From NCBI GenBank assembly GCA_002189035.1, contig NEEC01000002.1, positions 496,001 to 560,000 on the forward strand: a stretch of DNA of 64,000 nucleotides. The letters run 5' to 3'. Positions 50,226 through 64,000 of this stretch are shown in pieces; the stretch's first letter is position 1; the number at the start of each line of letters is the position of its first letter. A model generated the notes under the pieces. The model was not told the DNA's origin, made no database searches, and was given only the letters and a program-made list of their open reading frames with translations. The stretch is from Utricularia gibba (taxonomy: Eukaryota > Plantae > Magnoliophyta). The position numbers and the translations under genes were made by a program.

Positions 50226-51063
50226 CAATCCATCCATCCAGTATCATCGTGCGGTGCTGGTGCTGCTGTGCGTGCCACATTAGGCAAATAAAGAAATCCA
50301 CTTTTCAAACACTTTGAAAGGAATGAGGTGGCTGGATTCCTCATCTACCCATCAGATCAGATGGTGCCGTCTTTGACCCCAACTCCCCTCTCCTCCCCTC
50401 CCGCATTCGGTGACCACCAGATGCGCAAGCCTATTCACATCTTGTCGCTTCCGGGCCGCCCAGGCGCTCCCCTCCCCGGGGCTCCTTTCCCAACCCTGTC
50501 TCACAAACCCCCCACTTTGCCTCTTCTGGGTCAGCAACCACCCCTCCTTACCAGTGTCAAAAAAGCCGCAATTCAACGGTCCTGAAAACGTTAATCATAA
50601 CCCTTCATATCGTCGTTTTACCAAGGAGCGCCCAGATAGCTTTTTCATTCCATTGATTTTTAACTTGTGAAAATATTATAAAAAACTAATATTTATTAAA
50701 TCAAATAAAAAGAGTCATTAAGCTGGATTTCAGAGTAAATTTAGGGCAGGAGGTCAAGGAAACTTGCATGCACTGTTGTTATTACAACCAAAGTATGGGA
50801 AACGTGTTGCATTAATGAACATTATTTTAATTACGTGAAAGACAGATATTATTAAACAGTCTACCGTCTCTATCCTCATCTTCGTGTAGGAGCCAGGAGG
50901 GGGGTCATTTTCATTGAATCTGACCACCATCCACGCAATTCATTTTTAATTATTTCAAAATTGATGATGACGGTGATGATGGCGAATGCACGCACACAAC
51001 TCAAACCCTACCTCTACGCCTGGCCGTACTACTGCTGCTGGGTTGGTTGGTAACCAGATCCCC

Positions 51064-52845
51064 CTACTTGGGTCGTCGGTTGAAGTTCTGGGCCATCTCC
51101 TCCGCCTGCCAAACACATGATGTCACCATTTGAATTTGAATTTCAATGCACAAAACCATCAAATCTCATGCCTTGTCGAAGACCAGCTTTGGGTTGCGGA
51201 TCATGTCTCCTGGGGTTGGCTCCAGCATCTTTGTTGAGAGGGTTAAGCGGCCCCTTTCACGATCGTGGTGAAGCACGATGACCTGCAGAGGAAGCAGGAA
51301 TGTTTTGTCGTCACATATCTGACATCCCCTAAATGAAAGATGAAATCTTGCATCCCACCTTCAGTGTGTCTCCGGGGTGAAGGACTGTGGCGATGTCTGT
51401 CACACGATCATGGCTGATCTGGCTGATGTGCAAGAGACCACTGATCCCACCCATGTCTATGAAGGCGCCGTATGGTTTCAGACTCAGAACAGTCCCAGTG
51501 ACTACGGATCCTACGACGAGTTGAGCTTGGCCATCGGCCAGAGCATTACGGTTGCTTAAGACAATTCGTCTCCGCTCTTCTTCCATTTCCAGGAATTTCA
51601 AGGGAAGTGTTTTTTCCAGAAGTTCTTCTCCTGTTGATTTCTGAAAGCAAAACAGCATTTCGTCATGGCAAACGCATTATCATTCCATAAAACTTTCACA
51701 ATTAATCTCTTATTGTAAAATCCAATAAACAAAAGGCTTTTAGAAGAAAGAACTCACACTTGAGATATGTGAAAATGGAACAAAAGCAGGAAGGCATTCT
51801 ACGACTACAACCACTCCCCTTTGTTTGCTTCAACTACCTGAAAAGTGACAACCATGAGACATAAGTCAGGGTACTATCAAGAATTATGATCCATTCAGAT
51901 TTTCGGTATAATGTGAATTCATGGATTTCTGCATATAGATACAAATCAAAACATATACAAATCCCCTGGAGACCAACTTACCTGTGGAGGAAACGTACCT
52001 TACCGTTGATAATCACATCTTCAGCCTGCAGCTGTCTACACCGTTCCCAAGCAAGGTCGCTTTGAATTGAACGCAAGCTCAAGATCCAACAATCATCCTC
52101 TTCATTCTCATCCACAACTAGAAATTCGTCAACTAAACCTGGGAATATACCCGCCTCTTTCACATGCTTGATGCTATGGATAGATGCCTCGCTGAGAGGC
52201 AAGTATCCAGATGATTTTGCATTTATCTCAACCAATGCTCCATTTGCGTCAACACTGTATACAGTCCCCTTAACCTTCAAAGACAGGGAAATGAAATTAT
52301 GTATCAGAATCTCCATGATTCTTGAATCATTTTCAGTATCTCGCTTGTATACGTTCTTTATTCCAAATGGTAATAAAACAAGAACACTTTCCAGATAATG
52401 CAACACGAACTATGATGACTTTGAAAACCAACTGCAGACACCATAAAGCTGGACGATTTAGAAAAGAAATCACACGCCTAAGCCAAGAATCATCACTAAA
52501 GAATCATCGAACTAGAATGGATGAGGAGATGAAAAAAGCTCTAACCTTGGTTCCAATTTCGATGTTGGAGTCGTACTTTTCAACTGCGGCATCAAATTCT
52601 TCGAATGTGAAATTCACACCTTCCATGGGAGATGTAATGCACCGCTCGTACGCCGCCTCAAACATCTGCTTCAGCTTCCGTCTCTCCCTGACCTCATCGC
52701 TCGTCCTCACACCAGCCGCTGCAGCGACTATGGTTCTACTTCTATTAAGCACCTTGCAGCAAATCCCCGCGGAAACGCAAGATTTTTTACCTAGGTCTAA
52801 AATTGACGGGTACGGGTAGTCGATCACCCCGAATCGCTGCGCCAT
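51064..52845 (-). CDS. RPS1: Plastid 30S ribosomal protein S1, diverged tandem copy B (C-terminally truncated; apparent 1-nt deletion at 51816-19)
   Basis: Same exon structure as copy A. Starts at the second Met (MAQRFG) and has a GC donor at 51171. The last exon reads [13 protein letters not shown] (TAG 51064-66) instead of continuing [17 protein letters not shown]... Confidence 0.8.
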
Positions 52846-53195
52846 GGAAGGCGTCGTTTTTACGTTCCCGGAATCGCCTCCGTTTCTTGCACACCGGAAC
52901 GGAAAGAGAACCAAAGAGGAATAAGGCCCGGCGGTTGTGGACGCTCTACTTGGGCGTCATTGGTAATTGGGATCTCAGCCCATTTTTAGGGTTACCCATG
53001 GTGTAAGTTGGGCCATGCCGCTGCTTTAGCAGCTCGCCGCAAGGCTGTTAGATGATCTTCTTGGATGGAAGAGCACAGGCGGCACCGGCGCAGGGCTAAT
53101 CTTTCAACAGGTATGGCATTCCGGAATTACAATACATACACGGTGAAGCAGCATATATTGGACGTCACTCAAATGTGCATAGGTAACCTACCCGT

Positions 53196-55199
53196 CTAAA
53201 GATCATCATCCCCAGCAGGGGAGGCTCCACTCAAATCCAGAAGACCACCCTCTACCGGTGCGTCTGGGTCCAGAGGTCCGAAAATTCCCTCGGCGCTCAG
53301 CGTTAGTCCACCCTGAACCACCCCAAAGAAACAAAGCCAGAAAGAAGAAATGCAGGGTGAGTGTGTGTATTCTTTTGTTGCAACTCTGAAGCGAATAAGA
53401 AATACCTCAGGCTGGAATCTCAGCATATCAGCACGAGCCATGGCTTCTGCTTGAGCAATTCTTTGTCTAAATGTCTGAGCCATCTCTTCAGCCTGCCCAG
53501 GCATCATGTAAGAACAGATATGGGTTCAATCCTAGTGCCATGTATGACTATTACCTTCTCAAAAACCAGCTTTGGGTTGCGGATCATGTCGCCTGGAGTT
53601 GGCTCCAACTTCTTTGTTGAGAGGCTCACTCGTCCCCTTTCACGATCATGGCTAAGGACCATCACCTAACAGAGGAATATGAAGCATTGAGTCACTCGTC
53701 CCACATGACAGGAAATGTGAAATAATGCATCCATCACCTTCAATGTGTCTCCAGGCTGAAGGACTGTAGCGATATCAGCCACACGGTCATGGCTGATTTG
53801 GCTGACGTGCAGAAGGCCATTGATCCCACCAATATCGATAAAGGCGCCGTAAGGTTTCAAACTCTGAACAGTCCCAACGACCACAGATCCTATACCAAGC
53901 TGAGCCTGGCTATCAGCCATGGCCTTGCGGTTGCTCAGAACAAGACGTGTTTGTTCCTCATCCACTTCCACAAATTTTAATGGAAGTTCTTTCTCCAGAA
54001 GTTCCTCTGCTGTTGATTTCTGAAAAAAGAAAAAGAATCATTATTTCCTGTTTAAAGAACACCGGCACATCGTCGTTCCATGAAACGACCACAAAATCAA
54101 GGGATTTAAAAAAAAATATAGGGTTTTCAGAAAAGAACTGACGGTGGAGATCTGTGAAAATGGAACAAAACCACGAAGGCCTTCGAGGAGCACAACCATA
54201 CCACCTTTGTTTGCGCCAACCACCTGAAGAATGGCAACCATTAGATAAAATCACAAATGTGACACACGGGAACAATTTCACACTAGAAATTACTAAGAGC
54301 TTAAATACCTTCAAAACTTACCTTACCCTTGACAACCACATCTTCAGCTTGTAGCTGTCTGCACCTTTCCCAAGCAAGGTCTCTTTGAATTGAACGCAAA
54401 CTCAAGATCAAACTATCATCAGCTTCATTCTCACCAACAACTACAAATTCCTCACGTAAACCGGGAATAATTCCAGCCTCCTCCACATGTTTGATGGTAT
54501 GGACAGACGCCTCGCTTAAGGGCAAATATGCGGATGATTTTGCAGTTATATCAACTATTGCTCCATTTGCATCTACACTGAAAACAGTTCCCTTGACCTT
54601 CAGAGTAGAGGAAACCAGACAATTCATCAGCATCCCGTAAGTCTTCAACCATGTTCAAATTTCGCCCCACACGCTATCACTATTCTTTATTTGTTTCCAA
54701 ACGGTTACCAAACCACAAACAAGATAATGCAACACATAAACCAAGGCATTAACTGCAGGAACACCAAAGCTCGATCCTCAGAAAAAAAGAAAAGAAAAAC
54801 CACATGCCCAACAAAGCCTTGCCGATAATCCCGGGAAACATTCACTCATTCAACGCGACTCATAATTACTGCCAAGGAGGGGAGAAAAAAGCTGACCTTG
54901 GTTCCAACTTCGAAGTTGAAATCGTACTTTTCAATAGCGGCGTTAAATTCTTCGATGGTGAAGTTCACACCTTCCATGGGAGCCGTAATGCACCTCTCGT
55001 AAGCCTCTTCGAACAGCTGTTTCAGCTTCTGTCGCTCTCTTACCTCCAGGCTGGCTGCGTACCCTGCCGCAGAGACTATGGTTCTACTTCTAGCGACCAG
55101 CTTGTAGCAGTAACCCCTGGATATGCAAAATCTGTTACGAAGTGTTGAGATTGGCGGGCATTTGAGCCCTCCAAATTGATGCGCCACCATGGACGCCAT
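53196..55199 (-). CDS. RPS1: Plastid 30S ribosomal protein S1, copy A (full length)
   Basis: [29 protein letters not shown]|[13 protein letters not shown].., S1 repeats with [27 protein letters not shown], and [11 protein letters not shown]. Confidence 0.95.
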
Positions 55200-55559
55200 T
55201 TATCCTGCAGTTTCTTTGAGATCAAGAAGGCAGGGACGGAAAGGAAGTTATCAAGAATCCAAACGTCACACAGTCGACAAAAAGAGTGAGGCTCTCTCCC
55301 GGATAAGGAGGCTTAGCCAATGAGAAGAAAGACCACCCAACCAAGTTTGGGCTACACGATGGGCCTACGATCTGAGCTTGGGCTTTTTGGCCCATTTTTC
55401 GTAAGAATTTTGAACTGAATTTGATTATTTTCTCAGAATCCTTTTACAGGCGCAAGTATGGCGATCACCGGAGCAAATGGGAAAGGCCATCCAACCAGAA
55501 GAGCAGGAATGAAGAAGACCTGGGTCGTCTCCGTCAGAAGATCACCCCAAACATGGCGT

Positions 55560-57549
<1,990 letters not shown>

Positions 57550-57807
57550 TATCCCGACCCCAGCTCCTCCCCCTCCACCAAATTTAGAAATTATAGCATG
57601 GAAATCTAGGTTTTAAACCCCTATTAATAATTTCGATTTTTAGTATCTTTAAATTTATTTTACAGACGGAAAAAAAATTACCATTTATTTATTAGTTTTT
57701 ACACTTGCACTGCGCCACTTGCTTAGTGCACAGATAAGTATAGCAGTTCAACAACACTGGAAGATCCAAGAGGGAAACTACGCCTTCTCCGACTTCAATT
57801 CGTGGTT

Positions 57808-60800
57808 CTACTCAGCGCCGTACTTCAGCTGCTCCCATCTGAATGGCCGGAAGGAGAAGACAACCTCCGGCGAGCTTTTGAAGAGCAACGCAGCACAGAC
57901 GCAAACGGCAGCGATGGCGAGCATGGAAAGCATGGCTGGTCTGTATATAGCCACCGGGCTTCCATACGCTCCGGTCTCCCTGCATCTCTTGCAGCTCATC
58001 ATCGGAAGCTGCTTTCTCGTACTCTTCTCCGTTTCCAGGGCGGCGATCCTACCACCATGTTCTACGGTCTGCTTTGCGGTGCCATCGGGAATGTCCAGAG
58101 CCACCACGCCATGCTTCTTGTTGAGCTTCCTTTCAACCAAATGGATGTAGGAGAAGTGACCTCGTAGATAGGCGTAGTCGTGCGGAGTCATTCCGGCGCT
58201 GTCCGGAGTATTCCTCCATGCTTCAATCCCCACCTGACAGATGAGATCACCAAAACTTTTCTGCTGAGCAGAGTGTTGTTTCAGACAAATGAATCGAAAA
58301 GATGGAGTAGGGAGCAATACCGATTCAGGGTCTTCCGTTAGTGAATCGATCACAGCATCAGAGTCATCTAAACCAGCTGCAAGATGAAGGGGAGTCACCC
58401 CACCAGGCCCAGATGCATCAGGCTTGAACATGAAGCTGCTAGTAAGGGCTCTTTCATGGGCATTCTCCAGCTTGATGGAGATTCTTGTTGGTTGATATGT
58501 TAGTAAGAACTTGACCATGGGGACGCTGCTTTTACGAACGGCACGGTGGAGAAGTCCCACATCGAACAATGCAGACAAAACAGATGTGTTCCCTTCTGCA
58601 ACCACAGTTCCATCCAGCAGAACATCCAAAAGCTTCCTCACTACTGCAGGCCATTCATGATCTATGGAAAATTCAATTAGGTACTTGTAGCGCCAGAAGG
58701 GAAAGAGGGCCAAATCCTGACTCAGTTTGCCTAGTCTTGAAACCAAGTGACTTTTGTGCAGAAGCCATCCCAGTTCATGAACAAAGTTCAAAGCTTGATT
58801 TCTAGCTTCAAGTTTATCTGAAGATGCATTGTCAGTAACTTCGATAACAGTTTCCAGGTCACGAACCTCTGCGCAGACATCCTGTTCTGCAACAATGAAT
58901 GGGAAGAAGCTGCTGTTGAGACAATAGTCTTCGACCTAGACATGTGGAAAGCCAATTCAGCACCTTGGAAAAGAACTGAATGTAACAGAGAATGAAGATG
59001 AAACCAGCAAGAAAGCAGGTAATAGCATAACCTCAATGAATCCTCTCCCAACAGCATCCGGTATGTTACAGGAGAACCCAAAGCACTGGAACTCTTCCTG
59101 ACTCATAAGATAATCATCTCCAACAATATCAGCACACTTTTCTTGAAGAAGATACCTCCCTTCAAGAGCACAATGTAGCCTAGTACAAATGCAGCACATA
59201 ACAACTAAGATAACTCCAGTCATTCGAAAACAAGAAGGCATATCCAAATGAATACACGTTTAACCATCTTTCACATGCAGAAACAAGCATACCTTGAACT
59301 AGGGCCAGTTAGATTATAACCCTTGATGACAAAGTGCGCTGATTCAGAAAAGGAAACAGCAATTGGTGTGATAGTCGATATTCGACAACTCTGATGTGCA
59401 TTCAGAGGTATCGGCTTATCTAATACAACATGGCCTGCAGTGAAACAAAAAGGGCATTTTTTAGTGCTGTAACCCTGTTGGAATGATTGATCACAGCTTC
59501 CAAAAGCAAAATCAGAAGATAGATTCAAGGGATAGAAAGCTTGACCATACCATTATATGCAAAAGAGGCATGATTCTGTACTCTGGCATATATCCATTCA
59601 CTTCTCCAAAATGGATCACAAGATGCATTCAGAAGCTTCCTCAAATTGAAATGTAGGTTGCAGTGGAGCTATGAGGAATGTGACGACATGACGTGAAACA
59701 GACCCTCGCATGACAATTTGCATACATGTAAGCCATATATGAACTTACCTCGTCCCAGTTTGACTTATCCATGCATGCATAAATTGTTAATACGATGCAA
59801 CCAGGTCTGATATAGCTCTCAATATCAGTAGGACTATTGGATAGCCAATCAAATATCTGGAAGTTGGTTGGATAAATCAGGCTTCTACGTTGCGACAGAG
59901 TAAGAAAAAACTTCATCAGGTGATAAAACCAGGAAATGAACCTGCTTTCGCAAGTCAAGAGGGAGATCATCCGGGTTTTTGTTGAACAGCTTAAAAACAA
60001 TCCTATCTGTATGAGTCTGCAGGCACAAACCATCGAGCAAAACGCAAACCATTTGAAGAACATTAATAAAATTAGAAGCCTTCAGGATGTTAACTAATGA
60101 ACTGGATACAAAATGGGATGTACCCGAGACTCTCCACTGGATGTCGATGGAGTTTGGCTCTGTGATGACCCTGAATTCCCACTATTCTGAAAAGGACTGC
60201 ACCTTTGAGATTCTTTAAAAGACCAGGGCGAGAGACATGGTGACACATTCTCAGGATTATCACGGGGAACATTATCCAGAAAATCTTCTGAACATTCCTC
60301 CGTGTCATCATACACACTGTTTAGGTCAATATTACTCATTTTTATTCTTCCTACTTTGGCTGAAGCATCAGAAGAACATGGTGGAGACGTCTCACAAGCA
60401 GGTTCTACTTGAATAAAACCATTCGGGGCACTCTTCTGCATCAGACTATCACTGGGCAATGTCAATCCTCTCCCATCAGGATTCTTGTCCTGCAAGGAAA
60501 TCAGATGAAGAAGCTAGCAGCACATTTTAAACATATGATGGATTAGTACCTTGACTACAGTTCCAGCATTATGAGAATTCTGTGAGACGGGTAATAATTC
60601 ACTGGGGCTTGTTGGGTTCGTGGCACCAGCTACAGTTGCAAGATTTCTGAGAAGATGAGAAAGAAGATCCTGATCGTTGGTTTGACCAGAGCTGCTGGCT
60701 GTAATTACAGAACGGAAAGTGTTGGAAGTATTAAGGCTATATACCAACAAAATAGCATATGCACACTAGGTGGATAACAACAAACATATATAGCACAGTC

Positions 60801-61902
60801 ATATTTCCAGAAGCCAGATCAACAGAAATTATCTCATGGCCTTAAAATGGTTCAACAGTTTTCAAACATTTCTTTGGGAAGAAAATAGACAAAAGGACTA
60901 TAATCCAGCTCTTAAAAATAAGAATTCACAACAGCAGACAATGGACACACCAGTACTTACATTGTGTATTGGAGAGTATCCTCAGAAGACTAGTTAACAA
61001 ATATTTAGCTCCCTGCTCATCACTCACTGCACTAGAGCCAACAACATTCTCTGGATGTGCTTTCCTCCGCCTTTTATTGTGGCCTGCCAAACGCCTGCGA
61101 CAACTCCTCTTCCCATCATCAAATTCTTCAAGAGCGTGAAACCTACAGATGCGAGCAACATAGGGCGATCAAAAAGGTTGTACATTGACGCCAGAAAATG
61201 TTATGCAAGAGACAAACAGTTTGAGCAGAGCATAATGTAATGCATAAAGAATATGCATGCCCAATGACAGAAGACGCGCCAAAAGACAGAAGAAATTGGG
61301 AAATCTTAAAACAGAATAGACCTGCTACACTGCTGACAAAATCGCTGCATAACGTTCCCAACCAGAGCTGCGCTAGCCTTGGAATGCACTTCACAAACCT
61401 TATGTCTTCTATGATAATCCTTTGCATTACTCAGATCAGCTTTGCAACCCTCAACTTGACAAATAGTTCTACTGGGCTGTACACCAGATAACTTGGACTT
61501 CTTCCCACTCTTTTCCCATTTATCCGCGTCTCTGTCGATGGCAGGGCACACTTGCCCACCCAAATTCAAATTAAGCGATCCATTCTGTTCCTCATTCATC
61601 TCAACATACCGCCTCCTTTTTTCGGAATCTCTCTTATCCATCCCAGCTTCCGGTGCAGGTCCATGCGGCAATGGTGACAAAAAGTTAACAAAACCGTCTT
61701 TTACAGGAAGACTAGGACAAACTGGGAAGAATTGTCGACTTCGACAATCAGATGGCACTGCGTTCAACGGAGCAGCCCTCAGAAAATCTCCATCCCATCT
61801 CCATTCATTCAAGTCCCACTCCATACTTCTTTTCCCCAATCCATTCAATGGTTCTGACACTACAGAACCATAGAAGTGATGCGATTTACCGCCTAACTCC
61901 AT
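57808..61902 (-). CDS. SPL1: SQUAMOSA promoter-binding-like protein, long SPL1/SPL12 class (SBP + ankyrin-like + C-terminal TM)
   Basis: [15 protein letters not shown] domain [34 protein letters not shown]|[77 protein letters not shown]. Confidence 0.94.
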
Positions 61903-64000
61903 CAACGGAGACCAAATAATTTGCAGGGAAGGAACTACAAGTTCAAGAAATACAGTTCACATGAAAAAGGATGGATACTTTTCCAGGCGAACAACCAACA
62001 CATCTCTGAATCTCGTAAAACCCACCACAATGTAAGGTCCCTTTGTGATTGTCTGTCAATCTGCCATAAAACAAGCCCATATAACCCAGTCAAATGCAAC
62101 CGACACGCCAGCTCAAATTTCTTTTATTACCCACAGCACCACATCCGCATATTACACAAAACCCACAAACATCACAACTCCTGCGGACAAGACTTTTGTC
62201 CCTGGATCTGAGATACAGAAAATCTGAATTTATTACCCAGATTCCCGAAGCTCAAAATGCGATCCCTTTCTCAGCTAAGACCACATGCACTGAGACTTCC
62301 GATGCGTCCCATCGGCTGGGAATAGCGAATTCCCCGCTTTCAAGATCGAACAACTGGACGAAAAAAAATCAGGACTTTAGCGACGTTCACATCAGGATTG
62401 GAAAGGGGTCACACCCCTTTATCTTTCTAAGAAAGTGGTAACTAGTGCTTCGTGATTTACTCCGTAGATTAGGTTTGAAATGGATACTCCTCGTCCTCCA
62501 CAAGTGAAAACCAGTACAGTTCACGCAGCTCCACTTAAGCTTCTCAAGCGGTAAAAGAAAAATAAACACCGTAACCGTAACCTCAAAGCCGCGGGAGCCC
62601 CCCCCCCCCCCCCCAAAAAAAAAAACGTGACTTTTTTCATTTTTGAATATAAATATATTTAAAATTGATAAAAAAATAAAATTCACATGAGACTTTTTTT
62701 AAAAATATGATTAAAGTGATAATAAAAATATTTTACCTCATATTTTAAATTATAAATAAACTATTACTTTTAACTTGCATGCAGTAATATATGATATTCA
62801 CACACAACGCCTTTTTTCCAGCTAGGAAATAATCTATTAGACGATATTTATGTCAGGAATATTAAATAATATTTTTAAATTATTTTTGTATAATATTTAT
62901 TATTTCCCTTTCATGTACCTTTATGAAATTCTCCTGACTCACCATCCAATATCTAATGAAAGAAAAAAAGACATGTAATCAGCTAAACGCCGCCGTTTGG
63001 CAAAAAAAGACCACGTGAAGAAGTAGGGTTTTCTTTGTTCGGCGGTGGGCGTTAGGGTTTGGGTAGGTTAAAGACGAGGGGAAAGTGTAATGAAGGGGGT
63101 GATTAATGTAATTAATTATCGTAATTAAACACCATGGAACTTTTGTTAATAATGCAGCATAAAATATTTAAATATAAGTTTATCTTCCTAATCAATTATC
63201 GCAAGTCAAGGGTAGGGAGGGGGTCGGGGCCGCACGTGGATTCCGCGGGAACCGCTTCTTGACCTCCCGAGTTATGGAACAAATTCAACTTCACTACTTC
63301 CATTACAATGTAACTTGAAGTTATCTTTTGAATTATATGAATAGAATCATTTTTGAAATTATATAAATGAAATCAATTTTGAGATTAGGAATCCATTTTA
63401 CATAATAAAATTTAATGAATAAAGTATATATTATAAAAAGTATATATTATAAAAAGTAAATATATTAAATAATATATTGGTTTTATTATAGAATGATTAA
63501 AAAATATAATTTTAAAATATTAAAGATAATTATTTCAAAAAATTATGTATGTAGAACATATTTTTTATATCATAACATCCGTCGAATAAATTAGAAAAAA
63601 AACCAACATATTTTAGTAAAAAAATTATGTTGTGAAATAATTAGATTTCATATATGTGTGATAAGATTAATTACATGACCTAATGATTGTCATAAATGAT
63701 TATTGTAAAATTTTGATAGAATAAAAATAAGAATTGATTTTATAATAAATGATAAATTTACCTATATTATGATTAATTTTATTTTATAAAATATCTTTTA
63801 AGCAAATGATATTTATAATCTATTTAGTATCATAATTTAGTTAAGTAATGACAATGATTGTAATATTGTAAAACATATGAATTTAATTTTAAGTTTATAT
63901 CATATAATTAATTTTTTTAAAAAAACTTTTTACCTATCCTTTTCTAGATTATAATAGAATTGAAATAATTTTTAAAAATAATTGTTTATTGAAGAGAATT

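Noticed and set aside
49324-50670. Many 60-143-aa ORFs upstream of the MYB
   Set aside because: They overlap on both strands, show no recognisable domains or exon structure, and are consistent with chance ORFs.
63300-64000. Transposon or satellite in the AT-rich window end
   Set aside because: Low-complexity AT-rich DNA with no TIRs, periodicity or coding relics visible.

Overview
Very gene-dense flowering-plant (eudicot, probably asterid) nuclear DNA: 25 protein-coding loci in 64 kb (about 1 per 2.6 kb), with mostly short (~70-150 nt) introns. This density resembles miniature genomes such as Lentibulariaceae; the species assignment is inference only. Gene order: LPA1-like, glycine-rich protein, CSL4, JMJ30, Gfo/Idh/MocA oxidoreductase, MAP70, organellar guanylate kinase, SpoU methyltransferase, plastid ACP, CDK-like kinase, CASP-like 1D, class 3 lipase, OTP82-like PPR-DYW, HIG1, two ATL RING-H2 genes, RPL29, UBC32, PHYB-type phytochrome, galactokinase, R2R3-MYB, two tandem plastid RPS1, mitochondrial LPD, SPL1/12. 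Elements not visible in the ORF track: (1) a TAS3 trans-acting siRNA locus (46200-46390) with two miR390 sites, one intact and one decayed tasiARF, and an upstream 48-aa sORF; (2) decayed PsaE and TENA_E pseudogenes at ancestral syntenic positions; (3) a U12-type intron in CSL4; (4) a small MITE family. Six apparent frameshifts all fall in G/C runs that are one base short, most likely assembly error. No prokaryotic-type system (CRISPR, tRNA, rRNA) was found.
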